Virus record (IMG/VR): IMGVR_UViG_3300038400_000021
Location: 1 to 60,800 of that record
DNA from: a virus
Taxonomy: Duplodnaviria; Caudoviricetes
Length of the DNA: 60,800 nt
Strand: one strand, 5' to 3'
The position numbers and the translations under genes were made by a program. This document shows positions 57,423 through 60,800 of this stretch, piece after piece. Under the pieces are notes generated by a model. That model made no database searches and was not told where the DNA came from. It saw nothing but the letters and a program-made list of their open reading frames with translations. Positions within the stretch are counted from its first letter, which is position 1. Each line of letters begins with the position of its first letter.

Positions 57423-59440
57423 ATGAACCCGAAAGAGGCACCGACGACAATGGACGAGCATCGAGAACGAGATCATCGCGACACTGGGTCCGACGACCGA
57501 CGACAACCGGGCGGCGCGGATGAGTTTCCCCCCGTTGTCACCACCGAGCACGGTCCGTTCTGCCGCAACTGCGGAGACCCGTTCAGCGAAGCCGAGGGCA
57601 ACCTCAAGTTTCGCGGGGCCGTCGGTCCGCGCTGGCGCCCGTGTCCAAATCCCTCGCCAGGGAGGCCGCTGGTCGACTGCGGCATCGGAGGCCACATGTA
57701 CACGCTGAGCGATCTGCCGGAGGCGCCGACCTATGACTGACCTGCCCGGATACGACGCATGGAAGTGCCGCGAACCAGACTTGGCCGCGGAGAATGCGAC
57801 CGAGCACGTCGACATCGACGAGCCCTCTGATTCGTCAATCGAGCGCCTGCTTGAGGACGCGAGGCTCGGCGACACCGTGGCCAGTGTGACGCTCGTCGAG
57901 GCGTGCGAGCGAGCCCTCGACGCTGAGTCTTCTGAAGAAGAAGCGCGGAGCGCGAGACAGCACATCCGCGACTACCTCAGCAGCCCAACGCTGACCACCA
58001 CCCGCCCCACGCAGAAGGATGGAACCCCGTGAAAGAGAAGAACCCTGTAGAGACCGCGATCGACCGCTACCATTCGTCCATGCTCGACATGACCGTTGCG
58101 CGAGTCGCCAAGGAGATGGCTGGCCGCGACCTCGATGAGGCAAAGGCCAGGTACGAGTCCGCCATGGACCGCCTCGCCGCAACGCAGGACGCATCAGATG
58201 CGGCCAAGGTCGCGTTGCGCGAACGCTTGATGCAGGCGCTCGCTGAGTCGATCGCACCCACGCAGAAGGATGGATGAGCATGAGCGATGAGAACAAGATG
58301 GTCAGATGGCACAACAACGGACGCGGGCCGCGCGTTCTCGTAACGCTGGGCGGCGAGGACGTCATGATCGACGTTGTGCGCGCCAGGAATCTGTACGTTG
58401 CGCTCGGTCAGGTGTTGTACCAGATCGAGGCCAGCGGCGGACGCACCGATCCGAGAGGAGATCACAGGGAATGAAAGTCATCGTGTGCAAGGACGACGAC
58501 GCTGAGGCGCTGATCGCCAAGATGAAGCTCAAGGAGCGCGAACTGATCGACAGGTTCGCACAGCAGGACGCGCACCAGCGGTACGTAGCCACCGAGGTGA
58601 CTCGCGGCCTGATGTACGTGCTCATCGACTGGCTGCAGGCGCAGGGGTTCAAGACATCATGACCATCACCACCTCTCAGCTCGACGAGCTCGAGCGACGA
58701 GCGCTTGTGCACAGAAACCACGGCAACAGCGCAACGATCAGCGTTCCACTTGACGTCACGCTCCAGCTTGTGGAGATCGCGCGCGCGGCGCTGGCGTGGA
58801 GCGAGCGACTCGACACAGTCGACGAGTACCGCTGGCATCCCTATGAGCGCGAACTGTATCGCGCATTGCGAGGCGCCCCATGACCACCGACGCACGCGCG
58901 CTCATCGAGGAGGGTCGCCGTCAGCTCGCGGTGCTGGAGACCAGCGGCCTGTCTCGGGTCCGCGCGGAAGCATGGGACTGGCTGTGCAAGCACCATGGCG
59001 AACTTATCGAGGGGTACAGCGCGGCGCTGGACGAGATGGAGCGACTGCGAACCGACCTCGCCGCAAGCCGACAGCGCGCCGGTGATGTCGAATCGGAGTT
59101 AGCCCGCGTCCATGCCGACACCTCGATGGTCGACGAGATCGGCCGTCTCCGCACCTCCCTCGCCGAGCAGGCCTTCCAGCTCGACTCCGCGCACCGCTAC
59201 GCCAACGTCCTCGAGCGCGACAAGGCGGAGCTGTGCACGGCGAATGAGCAACTGCGCTCAGATCTGGAAGCCTCCCGCGCTATCAACCGCCACTACGAAC
59301 AGGAGCACGACTCGTGGGGCGAGGCGTACAAGCAGCGCGCGGCGAAGACGGATGCAAGGATCAAGGAGCTGGAAGAGGAGGTGGATCGGATGCGGAAGGC
59401 GCTGCAGCGAGCGCACCTCCGCGAAATCAACAACCAATAG
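57423..59440 (+). CDS. Seven small coupled genes (57423-57740, 57733-58032, 58029-58277, 58274-58474, 58471-58662, 58659-58883, 58880-59440)
   Basis: Stop/start overlaps. Confidence 0.6.
58006..58274 (+). repeat. 18-bp direct repeat CCCACGCAGAAGGATGGA (58006-58023, 58257-58274) flanking one gene
   Basis: Exact match; both upstream ORFs contain PTQKDG at their C-termini. Confidence 0.85.
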
Positions 59441-59467
59441 CCGCGACCGCGGTAGAATAGAGACGAG

Positions 59468-60289
59468 ATGGACGAGACGAGATGCCAAAACTGCAACCAT
59501 GAGATGACCGTTGCCGCCTCGTTCGGGGAATGGCGATGCGAGAACTGCGGGACATGGACAAGCGACCCGTTCCGGTCATCCACCGCCACCACCTGCGCCC
59601 GCTGCCACCACGCCTTCACCGCCAAGCCAGACGGCTTCGTCGACGCGGACCTCGAGAACGAGATCGCCGCGCACCGGGCAACGTGCTTCGTGGTGGGGGA
59701 TGCCGTCAGGTGGCAGGTCGGCAGCCGCTGGCATGAGGGGACGATCGTTGCGCTCGGCTTGGACTCCGTGGAGATGAACTGCGAGCGCGGATACTTGACC
59801 GGGTACCCGTTCCCCATGGGCTACTATCGCAAGAACGTCCGCCGCATCCCGCGCCCGGGGCGGGATGTCGCGGCGCCATACGAGATAAAGGAGCAGGATG
59901 GCGACCTCGTGGTCATGACGCCGTCTGGTCCGATCAAGCTGACGACTGGCCCATTCGTCACGAAGTCCAAGCTCAGCGCCGAAGGACAGGCCACGTACGA
60001 CCGACTCAAGGCGGAGTACGGTAGACCACCCGACCCGCTCTCCACGACCTACGACAACGTCACCCTCCGCGACCTACTCGCCGCCGACGAGACGTTCCGC
60101 CGCGAGCAGACGCTGATCTCCGACATGCCGCTGTGGTTCCGCATCCAGGACGGCCTAACGCCGACACAGCGCACGGCCGTCTCTGCTCACCACAGCGCCG
60201 AGCTGAAGACCAAGATCTCCGCGAAGAGGGAGGCGGAGCGGTGCGAGGTGTGCGTGGACCTGCAGTGCGAGGAGGATTTCGAGTGGTGA
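59468..60289 (+). CDS. Zn-ribbon protein with SH3-like domain
   Basis: CQNC, CENCG, CARC; FVVGDAVRW. Confidence 0.65.
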   Translation: MDETRCQNCNHEMTVAASFGEWRCENCGTWTSDPFRSSTATTCARCHHAFTAKPDGFVDADLENEIAAHRATCFVVGDAVRWQVGSRWHEGTIVALGLDSVEMNCERGYLTGYPFPMGYYRKNVRRIPRPGRDVAAPYEIKEQDGDLVVMTPSGPIKLTTGPFVTKSKLSAEGQATYDRLKAEYGRPPDPLSTTYDNVTLRDLLAADETFRREQTLISDMPLWFRIQDGLTPTQRTAVSAHHSAELKTKISAKREAERCEVCVDLQCEEDFEW

Positions 60290-60660
60290 AGATGATGACC
60301 GACGATGAGCGCAACAACGTTGCGGTTCGCGATCGGCCGGCAGCGTGCCTCGCGGAAGTCCGCCGATGGCTTGCCGAACGTCGCGAGTGCAAGTTCACGG
60401 CGATGGAGCAGATCTGCGCCATGGACGACCTGTCCGGATGGGGCGCCAGCAATCTGCTGTGCGCGCTCATCGCCGTGCTGGAGAACGAGTAGATGGACCG
60501 ACGCATCAACCTCGAATTTCAGCGCGTCGCCTTCACGGTGACCGCGACCGGCAAGCGTGTGGACGTTACGCGACGGACAAACGAGTCAGCCGAGGACTTT
60601 GCGCGCAGGCTCGGTGACGCTGTTCGTGAGGCGGAGACGCCTACCGCCCGGTCCACTTGA
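60286..60660 (+). CDS. Two small genes (60286-60492, 60493-60660)
   Basis: Coupled ORFs. Confidence 0.5.
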
Positions 60661-60691
60661 TCGGCGCCACACTCCGGACGACCCTCCACGC
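60657..60691 (+). promoter_or_regulatory. Leaderless promoter TTGATC-17-GACCCT-6-GTG
   Basis: Same 35-nt geometry. Confidence 0.5.
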
Positions 60692-60800
60692 GTGGCCATC
60701 GTGCGCATCCACCTCGACTCCCAGTCGTACGACCAGATCGACGCCACGATGGAGCGCTTCGGCTACCACCGCAAGATCCCGGGAACGCGCGACGACGAGG
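60692..60800 (+). CDS. 5' part of GhoS/DUF2622-like protein (continues at nt 1-224)
   Basis: See junction-spanning ORF. Confidence 0.6.
   Translation, partial: MAIVRIHLDSQSYDQIDATMERFGYHRKIPGTRDDE
60786..60800 (+). repeat. 15-nt terminal overlap CGCGCGACGACGAGG identical to nt 1-15 (circularisation overlap)
   Basis: Exact match; reading frame continues across the junction. Confidence 0.9.

Larger units (their letters stand above)
1..60800. mobile_element. Complete temperate tailed phage genome (podovirus-like morphogenesis module), circular contig
   Basis: Terminase, portal, capsid, tail, lysis, replication, repressor and integrase genes all present; terminal 15-nt overlap; no host housekeeping genes. 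Confidence 0.95.

Noticed and set aside
59453-59470. TAGAAT -10 / operator half-site before 59468
   Set aside because: No -35 at the proper distance, 9-nt spacing to ATG and no second half-site; excluded from the promoter and operator sets
60786-60800. Biological direct terminal repeat
   Set aside because: Falls mid-gene and is only 15 nt; more consistent with assembly circular overlap
1-60800. tRNA, rRNA, reverse transcriptase/DGR, tape measure or tail sheath genes
   Set aside because: No cloverleaf, RT motif or long-tail genes recognised by eye

Overview
The window is essentially one complete, high-GC temperate tailed-phage genome. The last 15 nt (60786-60800) repeat nt 1-15 and an ORF reads through the junction, so it circularises at about 60,785 bp. 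A lambda-like switch at 43.15-44.06 kb (Cro-like gene, CI-like gene, four 17-bp operators) drives two divergent arms. The leftward (-) arm carries an HNH endonuclease, a C5 methyltransferase with a nested second-frame subunit, a nuclease, a replication initiator with internal iterons, DnaB, RusA and a SLOG protein. It continues with the terminase, portal, scaffold, major capsid, podovirus-type adaptor/nozzle and tail proteins, three internal virion proteins, an SGNH esterase, a GloVer-repeat lipoprotein and the lysis genes. The rightward (+) arm carries many small coupled ORFs, a RecE-like exonuclease with an annealing protein, a beta-clamp fragment, an HhH-glycosylase-like protein, a tyrosine integrase, an HNH endonuclease and a GhoS/DUF2622-like gene. 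The most notable items are: (1) a 1781-aa putative ejection protein with ExE-type ADP-ribosyltransferase, wHTH-like and GNAT domains; (2) large structured RNA elements in both arms, one with a loop able to pair next to a terminator; (3) a two-frame overlapping split methyltransferase; (4) a recurring leaderless promoter architecture; (5) a 19-unit array with 5-bp periodicity; (6) lipoprotein cargo genes. All family calls come from motif recognition by eye; no searches were run. The host is not determined (Cys-rich lipoproteins hint at Myxococcota, by inference only).
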